Shown here: positions 53,629 through 64,000 of the stretch, piece after piece
Layout: every line of letters begins with the position of its first letter
Numbering within the stretch: the stretch's first letter is position 1
Assembly: GCA_964016885.1 (NCBI GenBank)
Contig: CAXHJY010000744.1
Location: 62,001-126,000, forward strand
DNA from: Eledone cirrhosa
Taxonomy: Eukaryota
Reading direction: 5' to 3'
Length of the DNA stretch: 64,000 nucleotides
The notes under the pieces: model-generated
What the model was told of the DNA's origin: nothing
Seen by the model: the letters and a program-made list of their open reading frames with translations, nothing else
The model's database searches: none
Program-made: the position numbers and the translations under genes

Positions 53629-53708
53629 TTCGCTCTACATGGTTGAATACAAAAGTTTTTCGAATATTAATAATTCTTTCTACTTTTGGCATAAGGCCAG
53701 CAATTATC

Positions 53709-53849
53709 CCAGTGCATATTCGATTCGTTTGCAATTATGCAAACAAGCCTCATTTTTAAAGCCATGTCAGTAGAAGGGTTCATTCTACTGACATGGCTTA
53801 AAAAATGAGGATTGTTTGCATAATTGCAAACGGATCGAATATACACTGG
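53709..53849. repeat. Inverted repeat, arms of about 67 bp, 7-nt loop
   Basis: CCAGTGCATATTCGATTCGTTTGC...GCCATGTCAGTAGAA GGGTTCA TTCTACTGACATGGC...GCAAACGGATCGAATATACACTGG. Confidence 0.92.
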
Positions 53850-54028
53850 CAGTATCGGTAGAGGGTCGGACGCCATGCTTTGCAGCAAAGAGTTACGGCT
53901 CTTTATGGTCTGAGTTCAAATCCCGCCGAGGTTAACTTTGCCTTTCATCCTTACGAGGTCGATAAAATAAAGTACCAGTAATGCACTGGAATAATTATCG
54001 GCCTTGTGCCAAAAGTAGAAATAATTAT
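53847..54028 (+). mobile_element. SINE family A (short variant)
   Basis: Matches the other family A copies from head to tail. Confidence 0.9.
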
Positions 54029-54153
54029 CAATATTCGAAAAATTCAAATTACATTTATTGTATTCAGCCATGCAGGCGAAACAAATTTTTTTTTAAATTA
54101 TTTGAATGTGGCAAAGCCGGCCATTTATCGCACGTATACAGGAAACTAACAGG

Positions 54154-54252
54154 CCAGTATGCCGAAATGCAAATCTGGCTGATCAGTGGATCTGCTAATA
54201 TGCAGATCTGACTGATCAGCCAGTCTGTTAATATGCAAATCAGGCCAATCAG
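54154..54252 (+). repeat. 33-bp tandem x3, each with an octamer-like ATGCA(A/G)AT
   Basis: ATGCAAAT at 54167, ATGCAGAT at 54200 and ATGCAAAT at 54233. Confidence 0.8.
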
Positions 54253-54689
54253 TCACTGTATATTTTAGAAAATAGCATATATTTTCACTAGCTGTGACAG
54301 TTTGCAGGTGAACAGTGAGCTGTACTGATGAAGCGTGATACCTAGAAACATTAGTGTCTGCATTTCTGTTTACATGCCAACACAAGAACAAGAATGAAGT
54401 GTTCATTCTACTGACATGGCTTTAAAAATGAGGATTGTTTGCTTAATTGTAAACGAATCGAATGTTATTATTAATATTCGAAAAACTCAGATTACATTTA
54501 TTATATATATATATAACGAGTTGATCGACTTTCGTCAAATCGGACCGAGGAAACAATGTTTCCGTTGGTCTTTCTAATTGCTAATACTATCTATCGGTCG
54601 CAACTCCAGGTAGAAGGAGCAACATGAAATATAGTGTCTTGCTCAAGGACACACCGCATCGCCCGATCCGGGAATAGAGCTCACAACTT

Positions 54690-54747
<58 letters not shown>

Positions 54748-54748
<1 letters not shown>

Positions 54749-56027
54749 CACAAGTCAGTAAGTCTATTTATTATAGAATCTAAATTAGAAATAATGGTAA
54801 ATTTTTCATTTAGACAGAGATTGCAAATTTTGGATAGAGAACTGTTCAATTTAGATTCTATAATAAATAGACGCACTGACTTGTTTTCTATCTGCTTGCA
54901 TAAATTCCATAAAAGATTTCATAAAGTATACAGCTAATATTCAATTCTTTATCAATTTAGAATCTTTTTCTCAAAGGCACATATATATATATATATATAT
55001 ACATACACTTCTTTTAAAAATATACCCATCTTTCAAAGGTTATTATACATTCTATAATACCTGTTACTCATTCTACATCGCTCCGATTTATCACTTCCCT
55101 TTCTTCTCTTCTTCTTTTAACGTCTAACCCCTAATCTGTACCTTTTCTCACTCTTGCCTAACATAGAATCAATTATTACATAATACAATACATTCTTACT
55201 CTATATCACCTTGTAAAAATCCTTCGTAAACATATACATTTTTTTGACGTTAGATTATTCATCCTCAATTCATTATTCTTTTCTCCCTTTCGTCTAACTC
55301 ATTCATGGTCATCTCACAATATTTCCTTACTTAAATAACCTGTTGTTCCTTTTAATAATACATATCAACATTTTCTTAACATCGCACATATTATTAAACC
55401 CTTAAACATTATTCTCAATACATATTAACATTTTCTTTTTTCATCGCACATATTATCAAACCCCTCAATATACAAACCTTAACTTTACATTATTTTTCTC
55501 TTCGTTAATTTTCAAATTCTTTTAATTCATACATTATCTTCCAACGGTTTTCAACCTCTCTATGTAAAAAAATATATCTTTCTCAGTTATAAAAGCTATC
55601 TCTCTCTCTCTATCACCCATCTCTCCTCCTATCTCATCCTTCCTCATTATACTCCTCCCTCTCCACTTTTTACTCTCATCTCCTCCTCTTTTTCATCCTT
55701 TCCACCCCCCCCCCTCTAAATAAAATATTTTTCCCAATATCACACATCAATCTAAAACTACTTCTCATATGTTGATTTAAAACTGAACTATCCACAAGTG
55801 TTTTTTAACCTTCATATCATGTCTTCATGTTTTATCTGATGAAAACACAAATATTATTGCATGATGATATTTGTTTTTGAAATGCGCATAATAAAATACA
55901 TGGAACTCTTTTAACCATCTTTTGTTCTTATATATTATGTATACTCCAGTCCTACAAACTGTAGAGTGCTTATTATCCGATATCTGCATTGCTTTATTGT
56001 ACTACAATAAAACTCACCTCCTACATT
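54748..56027 (+). mobile_element. Penelope-like element 3' end: inverted 5' piece, ORF terminus, pyrimidine-rich 3' UTR, hammerhead and tail
   Basis: The minus strand reads KICNLCLNEKFTII..INRLTDL (54750-54847). It folds back on plus-strand NLDSIINRRTDLFSICLHK. Hammerhead at 55828. Both ends lie in (TA)n. Confidence 0.75.
55828..55898 (+). ncRNA. Type I hammerhead ribozyme
   Basis: Stem I TGTTTTAT/ATAAAATA. CTGATGA at 55836-55842. 16-bp stem II with one mismatch and a GCAT loop. GAAA at 55879-55882, palindromic stem III ATGCGCAT, AUA site after 55890. Confidence 0.88.
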
Positions 56028-56714
56028 ATATATATATATATATATATATATACAAATATATATGAATGTATGTATAGTATAGTTGGCAATATACCGTATT
56101 TTTAATTAAAAACATTTAGAAAACCATACGCTAGCAGTTTTAAAGTACTGACTATATATATATATACATATATATACGTGTGTGAGTGTGTATGATATGT
56201 ATTAATACATGGCGTTAGTGGCACATTAAAAACTGTGAGTTTCATAGACATTATTGGCAAAAACACCTATTGTTCATTATCAGAAGTTGCATATGTTTCG
56301 TGTCATAGCTAATTATCACTTTTGACAAGTTCTGATAATGGAGAATAAGTACTTTCGCAAATAATATTTATGAAGCTGTCAATTTCTTTTAATGTATTGC
56401 AGATACTGTATATAAATTACCTCTGTATATAACGGAGTGTCATTCTTTCCTAATACGAATCACACTCAAATAACTATTCTAACAAAAAATTCTGGTTTAC
56501 TTTTTAGGTAACTTTTTTTTTTAAATAATTTTAAGTATTTAGAATTAAATTTTAAAACAATTGGAATGGATAAACGGAAGAAAACTTTACATTTTTAATC
56601 ACAAAAAGTAAACTTTGATGGTGGCTCTTTTTTTGCTCCAAGTCTGAACTGGCCAAGAAGAAAATTTGGAGTAGTGGTGACATATAGTATATATAGAAAG
56701 AACTGAATTATAAA

Positions 56715-57620
56715 TGGAGGCATCCACCTAGGGTGTACTGTTTGTGTTGCTGTTTTGAACTTATTTTGCGTAGGGTGTATACTGTACCTAATAGAGCTTT
56801 TTTATGTAACATTGTGAGCCTTGGTATGATTTATATCTTTTTGGTCATAATTATTATGATATTGAGTGCTTCACATATTGCTACTGTCTTTACTTTTATA
56901 CTCCACACCCTGTTTATTTCAAATTAAAGAAACTTGTATTTCAACAGCTTTGCATCTCTTTGCGTCAAATATTTTTATTAGAGTACAGTCCTTGATTATT
57001 ATATCTGGACAGTTTGCCATGATTTCCTCGTCAGTCAGGATAGTCAAGTCACAGATGATTACGGCCAAGCCGTTGTCATGTACCGTCTTTCATATACGTT
57101 TATATCACTTTAAATCCGTGTTTATATTGCTAAGTCGTAATATTGATCGTTCGTGGGCATATATTCGGACTTGACAAGGATTATGTAATCAGAAATGATG
57201 TGGTCAAACATATTTTTGTACTGGTTGCATTGTCTGCACTTGATATCAGCGAAGTATTGGCTATTGGGTGAGTTTTCTTCCGTTCTTTCTATGGTGTATT
57301 TCGTGATCCTTTTTTCATCTTTATTTTGTTTTGTTAACTGTTCTGTTGTTTTATTCTTCTTTAAATGTTTATACTTCATCGTTTCCATATAAATAGAATG
57401 TTTTTCTTCGAGTTTTCTTATGACATTAGTCAGTTTCCCTTTGTTTGTTTTAAGTAATTTTTAGCCTTGCTAAATCAATAATATTGAATATAAACCTGAC
57501 AATCCTCAGTACTTTTTGGGGTAGCAGTGGCCTTCTCTTTAATTTCTGGGTATTGTATCTTATCAGTTGGGTGTGTGGTTCAGGTCTAATTCCCTATTTT
57601 CAATGTCTTTATCTAATTTG
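56715..57620 (-). pseudogene. Decayed R4/Dong-clade LINE 3' region (zinc knuckle plus restriction-like endonuclease)
   Basis: KCRQCNQYKNMFDHIISDY, DLTILTDEEIMANCPDIIIKD (PD motif), EINRVWS and KKALLGTVYTLRK. Confidence 0.8.
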
Positions 57621-58418
57621 ATATTCTCATTTAAGTTGGCTCTCTCTCTCTTTCTCTCTCTCTCTCTCTATCTCTATCTCTATTTCTCTCTCTCTATCTC
57701 TATCTCTCTCTATCTTTATCTCTCTCTATCTCTCTCTCTCCCTCTCTCTCTGTTCATTTATATGCATTGGCTTAATTCATGAAGAATGTTTAACAGGTGT
57801 TTAACTGGGTATTGGTCTCTTGTAAACGTTTTAATGTCATATGTCGTTTACAGTTTCTCTTTAGCTTATATAAACCTAGTGCAAGGCCTGAAATTTAAAA
57901 AAAAAAGTGTATTAGCCCATGTAATGGATTTTACTATTTCACGGATCACCTTGATAGAATTTGAACACAAAATGTAAAGAGAGCGAGTTATTTCATTTTG
58001 TCCACCATCCATCAGAAAAATCAGTTATGCACGTGATAACTATAAAACTTTTTTGTTTACAAACATCGTGTATATGTGGCCGATCTCTCGAACTTTTACG
58101 GAGCGCTCAGGTGATAAATTTAATATAAAGAATGGTGTGCTCCTACGCGAAGATGCTATAAGGTGGCTTATAGGTTTAAAGTGCCTAGCCAGTATCTGGA
58201 AGATGTGGGGTTCTATTTCTCATAGCGGGCGATGGCAACTTCTTTTTCCGTCTTTAAGGGTCTTAACCATATTTTATAAGCTATGTTGTAGCATCTTCGC
58301 GCATGAGCACACCATTCTTTATATTAACTTTGTATTTATTTGTTATCATAGTTATTGTTATTGTTATTATTGTCGCTGTTCTTGTTGATGCTGTTGTTAT
58401 TAATATTGGTGTTGTTGA

Positions 58419-58636
58419 GGGCAGTGGATTGGCAGTATTGGCGGTGGGTCGGACGCCATGCTTTGCAGCATAGAGTTACGGCTCTTTACGATCTGAGTTC
58501 AAATCCCGCCGAGGCTAACTTCGCCTTTCATCCTTACAGGGTCAATTAAATAAAGTACCAGTCACGCACTGGGGTCGATTTAATCGACTTTCCCCTCCCC
58601 CCAAATTACTGGCCTTGTGCCTATATAAGAAACCAT
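58419..58636 (+). mobile_element. SINE family A (long variant), full length
   Basis: GGGCAGTGGATTGGCAG head through GGCCTTGTGCC...GAAAC tail. Confidence 0.92.
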
Positions 58637-59235
58637 AGCATGCGACAGCGGCCACACCCTGGTAAACCGCCTTGGCTGGCGGGCCGAACCAGGTTGAGGG
58701 TAGCCGGACGGGTCTGAAACCCCCCGGTGAGTTAGATAGGGGATGCCTGCCCCTGCATGCGAAGACTGGACCCGGCGGGGTGAGTGGAGGAGGACAACAT
58801 CGTCCCAACGGTGACGAAGGCGGCGACAGCAAGCGGTATGGAGTGCTAGAGCACAGCAAGACACTACAGACGTTGTGGCCATCCACTGCAGCCAAGGAAG
58901 TCCCTGGTCGTGAAGGTCCTCCGTACCACCGGATTCTGGCTTTTGCGGCCGAGTGAGTGGGACCGTCACTGTGCACTGGCCCTCCCACTATAAACCTTTA
59001 CCGTACAAGTTTCTTCTTTAGCGTGCACTCCCAAAGCCCTGCGGCGATGGGCGAGAGGTGGAGGTAACAGGTGGAGGTAACCTCTGGGAGTTGCCGGTCT
59101 GACTCCAGTCTCTTCCCCTGCCCCCACTGTCCCCGGACCTGCAAGTCAAGGATCGGCCTCCACAGCCACCTTCGTGCCCACGGCAGACGGGAACAACAAT
59201 AAAGAAGATGTCACCATCGTTTACGATGGACAACC
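58637..59235 (+). mobile_element. GC-rich island, probable RTE-type 5' UTR
   Basis: GC-rich structured block in an AT-rich background. GGGCCGAACCAGG..GAGGGTAGCCGGA and GCATGCGAAG motifs are recalled from RTE 5' ends. No convincing ORF. Confidence 0.4.
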
Positions 59236-59580
59236 AAGAATATTGGTGTTGTTATTGTTGATATTCGTGTTGTTATTGTTGATGTTGTTACTGTTAATGT
59301 TATTGTTTTTGTTGTTATTGTTATTGTTATTGTTATTGTTATTGTTATTGTTATTTCTATTGTTGTCTTTATTGATGTTTTTTTTTTTTATTACATCGTT
59401 GTTGTAATTGATATGGTTGTTATTGATATAGTTGTTGTCATTGTTGCTGCAGTCATTGATGTTATTATTAATGTTAATTTGGATATTGCAATTCAGGTTG
59501 TTGTTATTGTTGTTATTACTGCTGGTGTTATCATTTTATGGTAATCGTTGAAGTTGTTATTACTATTATTATTATTATTA

Positions 59581-59730
59581 TAGTTACGTCCCTTTACGAT
59601 CTGAGTTCAAATCCCGCCGAGGTTGACTTTGCCTTTCATCCTTACGGGGTCGATAAAAAATAAAATACCAGTAATGCACTGGGTAATTGCTAGCCTTGAG
59701 CCTAACGTAGAAACAATTATTATTATTATG
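59581..59730 (+). mobile_element. SINE family A (short variant), 5' truncated, in (TAT)n
   Basis: Matches the other family A copies. Confidence 0.88.
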
Positions 59731-59789
59731 AATTTGATATCTCAGTCATTCATGTTATTTAACCAGAAAATTTGCCCAAATGAACATCA

Positions 59790-60304
59790 AACCGCTACCT
59801 GCAGATATTAAGGACGTATCGGAGGATCCTTGTTGTTCCCAGTAGGCATGCGTTTTGAAGTGTTAAAAAAAAGGGGGCTGGAAACTCTTCGAGACAGTAC
59901 CTACTGCTCCTATGACGATGGAGACGACCTTGATCTCCTGCGAGTCCCAAATCCTTTTCTCCCACTTTAGATCCTGGTACCGGTTAATTTTCTCCTTCTT
60001 TTCTTGCGCTCTTGCGTCAAAGGAACAAGCTACATCTATAATCAAGCAAGAACTTATTCCTTATCAAAAACTACCAGGTAAGTCGTATTGTTTTCTAATT
60101 CTTAATCTGTTTGTATCCCGAAATCACACAGCACCTTGACCTGATTGTTTTCTATCACCGACTCTGACTTATGCTCACACCACTTCTCACAGTAGAGTAA
60201 ATTATTCAGTTTGTATAAATGCCAGTTTGCATAAATAATATCATGCCTCCATCCTTTATAATGAGTCTGTGCTAGGTGTTTACACTCGGATACGAAGTGA
60301 GTCA

Positions 60305-60396
<92 letters not shown>

Positions 60397-60665
60397 AAAA
60401 AGATCCTACAGAGCGGGATAGCTCCCTCTTTGTCAATATGATGTTTCATCCAATTCGTTCTAAGGGGTTCTTCTTGTGCAACCAGTAGCATTCCCTCTGT
60501 AACTTTTTTGAGTTCCCTTTTCTTTAACCAGTCACATGTCTGCAGATCTCTTAATTCTGTTGTCTTCAAGAAGATGCTATGAAAGGCTTTTTCATTCAGG
60601 TTGTTCTTCCTCTTAAACGTTACTTCTTTCTTGGACATCCTCTGGTCTATTATTTCTTCCTTCAA
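59790..60665 (-). pseudogene. R4/Dong-clade LINE 3' region (zinc knuckle plus restriction-like endonuclease)
   Basis: WLKKRELKKVTEGMLLVAQEEPLRTN, LCRIF..(RE)n..HFVSECKHLAQTHYKGWRHD, KVLCDFGIQTD and IIDVACSFD..KEKINRYQDL..VVSIVIGAVG. Confidence 0.9.
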
Positions 60666-60669
60666 TACC

Positions 60670-60890
60670 GCCTTGCAGTATCGGTAGAGCGTCGAACACC
60701 ATGCTTCGCGACATAATTACGTCTTTTTACGTTCTGAGTTCAAATCCCGCTGAGGTTAGCTTTGCTTTTCATCCTTACGGGGTCGATAAAATAAAGTAAA
60801 AGTAACGTACTGGGGTCGATTTAATCGACTTTCGCCTCCCACAAAATTGTTGGACTTGTGCCTAAAGTAGAAACAATTATTATTATTATC
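60670..60890 (+). mobile_element. SINE family A (long variant)
   Basis: Matches the other family A copies, with a (TAT)n tail. Confidence 0.9.
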
Positions 60891-61051
60891 GTTGATTTTA
60901 TTATTGTTATTGTTTTTACTTCATTTTCTTCTTTTTCTTCTGCTCTTTTTGCACTTCCTCTTAAGTACTATGAAAAAATTAGGCTCCAACTGTGATAGTT
61001 CTGACGATTCTGTAGTTTTTTCCATTCTTTGCATACCACAAGAGAAATATG

Positions 61052-61092
<41 letters not shown>

Positions 61093-61938
61093 TTATGTGT
61101 GTATATATATACACAATACAGGGATTATAGGAGGAGGGTATTAGGCAGTATATCGGGGCCTTTGAATATCTAACAAGGAGAAAAAAGCCTCCCAGCTCCC
61201 TTGAGGTTTAAGGAAAAGTATCTCTCCCTGTTGGTGGGGACAGTCTAAAGTCAATCTTGATCCGCCTTGTAACATTAGATCGGAGGTTCTCTCTATATAT
61301 ATACACACATATACATACATGTATGGTGGCTGCCAACTCGTTTTCGAGTATGGCCACTACTTTATATCCATGTAGGAGACCCCTACCAATGTGCTGAACA
61401 AGTGTGACCTTTTAGTCCAGCCAGCGACTTGAAAACTCTGGTACAAACACTACACTTGTGACAATTATTGACACACAGTGCTGGGCCCATGGTACCATGT
61501 GACGACAAGTGCAGAGAGATCTCCAGATATAAAGCAATGCCTGTGCCGTGAAGCTTTTATAGTGAGCAAAGGCACTGCACAAAGCCAGTCCCACTCTCTT
61601 AACCAAGATGATACATACATACGTACATACATACATACATACATACATTGTACACATGTACAGATACAAATGCATAGACACATGCACACATATAACTCAA
61701 AACATACACCTCCACACATACAATAACATCCATACCTGCACACACATGCATGCAGACATGCATACATATCTACTTAGTTGGTGTTGTGTAAATTCCAATG
61801 AGAGAGTCTTGTATCTATGGTATAAACCGACTCTCTCTCTATTCGTAAACATTTGTGAAATTATAAAGTCAGAAGAACATACGTACAAGCATGCATATAT
61901 ACACACATATATATATGTGCGCGCACGCATGTGTATGA

Positions 61939-62009
<71 letters not shown>

Positions 62010-62381
62010 TTCATAAAATATGATTTTATAAAGTATATACTTTAATATTAATACAGACATTTATAAACTTTTATAGCCTGAAATATTATACACTTTGATT
62101 AATTCATTACTCTGAACTAACTTAAATGATTTGAAAGTTAACGGTCAACCGGATACGTTTGGATAGTATATATAACTAATTAACTAAGGACTGGAAATTA
62201 ACCTTCATATAATTACACCCAGTTATATTTAGGATTTAGATTGATGAATACTTCTAGATAATTCAATAATTCAAAGATTCGAGTTTACTCTTTTGCAAAG
62301 CTATGCCCCAATATTTTTGAGTGCTTCCAATCTATTGTAAAACTCATTCTTTGATTTATTCATTGAACCTTGTTTAGCCTT

Positions 62382-62383
<2 letters not shown>

Positions 62384-62432
<49 letters not shown>

Positions 62433-62481
62433 TCATACGTCCGCTTTTCCCTGCTTGCAAGATATATATATATATATATAC

Positions 62482-62544
<63 letters not shown>

Positions 62545-62744
62545 CATATATATATAAATATATATAAGTATATATATATATACACATGTATATATAAATA
62601 TATATAAATATATATATATACACATGTATATATAAATATATATAAATATATATATATATACATAAATATATATAAATATATATATACATATACACACCTA
62701 TATATATAAATATATATAGATATATATAAACATATATATATGTA

Positions 62745-62803
<59 letters not shown>

Positions 62804-63248
62804 TAATATATACATATATATATATATATTAATATATACATATATATATATATATTAATATATACATATGTGTATATATACATATATATAGATAACGAAG
62901 GAATTGTGGTAAGGAACCAGATGGACCATAACGCACCAGAGTACTCAATACTTAGGGTATGGCCCCGACGGCAGAGCTGAAGCCGTTTCGACGGCTATTT
63001 CCGGATATATATATATATAAACATATATAAATATATATATATATATATTTATATATAACAAATATATATATACATATATATAACAAATATATATACATAT
63101 ATATTTACATATATATAAACATATATATATATACATATATATAAACATATATATACATATATATATGTGTGTGTGTTACAGATTTCCCAGTGTATGTTTA
63201 TGGAGTATATGTATATACAGACAGAGATATTGATAGGATGATAGAGTG

Positions 63249-63310
<62 letters not shown>

Positions 63311-63439
63311 TTCAATGCCAAACGCAGGAGATATTAGTTGCAGCAGCGAATACTAACGTCACGTTTGTAAACATCTTGGTTTTACTTTCCTAACTAACTG
63401 ATGACTGTGTTGTGCTTGGTGTGCTGGATCTGATCTTCT

Positions 63440-63480
<41 letters not shown>

Positions 63481-63494
63481 ATATATATATATCT

Positions 63495-63557
<63 letters not shown>

Positions 63558-63572
63558 ATATATATATATATT

Positions 63573-63640
<68 letters not shown>

Positions 63641-63693
63641 CACACGCGCGTACATAGATACAGTTGCATCCACAACCGAAGGTGAGAGGTAAT

Positions 63694-63750
<57 letters not shown>

Positions 63751-63816
63751 TATATATATATACACACACACATATATATATATTCATATATATATATAAA
63801 TTCATATATATATAAA

Positions 63817-63886
<70 letters not shown>

Positions 63887-63955
63887 TATATATATATATT
63901 CATATATATTCATATATATATATATATTCATATATATATTCATATATATATATTC

Positions 63956-63987
<32 letters not shown>

Positions 63988-64000
63988 ACATAGATATAGA
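62384..64000. repeat. Clustered (TA)n-derived arrays with short unique or repeat islands
   Basis: Seen directly in the sequence. Confidence 0.95.
62891..63004 (-). mobile_element. Family C repeat (hammerhead 3' half plus tail) in (TA)n
   Basis: rc AAATAGCCGTC GAAA CGGC TTCAGCTCT GCCG TC GGGGCC...GTATTGAGTACTCTGGTGCGTTATGGTC. Matches 12755-12875. Confidence 0.8.

Noticed and set aside
58419-58515. tRNA-like A/B boxes in SINE heads
   Set aside because: There is no cloverleaf, and the boxes are always joined to the SINE body, so these are not tRNA genes.

Overview
This is AT-rich, microsatellite-dense eukaryotic DNA with no confidently identifiable host gene. The SINE families and the very long (TA)n/(CA)n/(CCA)n tracts suggest an octopus (coleoid cephalopod) intron or intergenic region; that assignment is inference. 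Nearly all long ORFs in the track are simple-repeat artefacts. The real coding signal comes from decayed retroelements: an L1/Tx1-type LINE (22.7-25.2 kb, plus a 3' fragment at 19.5 kb), a Penelope-like element with RT and GIY-YIG (27.1-28.9 kb), a CR1-type LINE with one premature stop (31.5-33.7 kb), RTE fragments and three R4/Dong-type fragments. There are about 20 copies of one tRNA-derived SINE, several CORE-like SINEs and a few hAT/mariner/piggyBac-like MITEs. The most interesting signal is non-coding. Short islands inside (TA)n tracts repeatedly fold into type I hammerhead ribozymes: about 10 candidates from several unrelated families. They include a 429-bp tandem unit resembling a retrozyme, apparent catalytic-core variants (U3-A8, C4, A4), head-to-head inversions breaking at or near the ribozyme core, and a shared GAGT(A/G)C motif 45-80 nt from the (TA)n junction. 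All folds were made by eye and most repeat boundaries are approximate.
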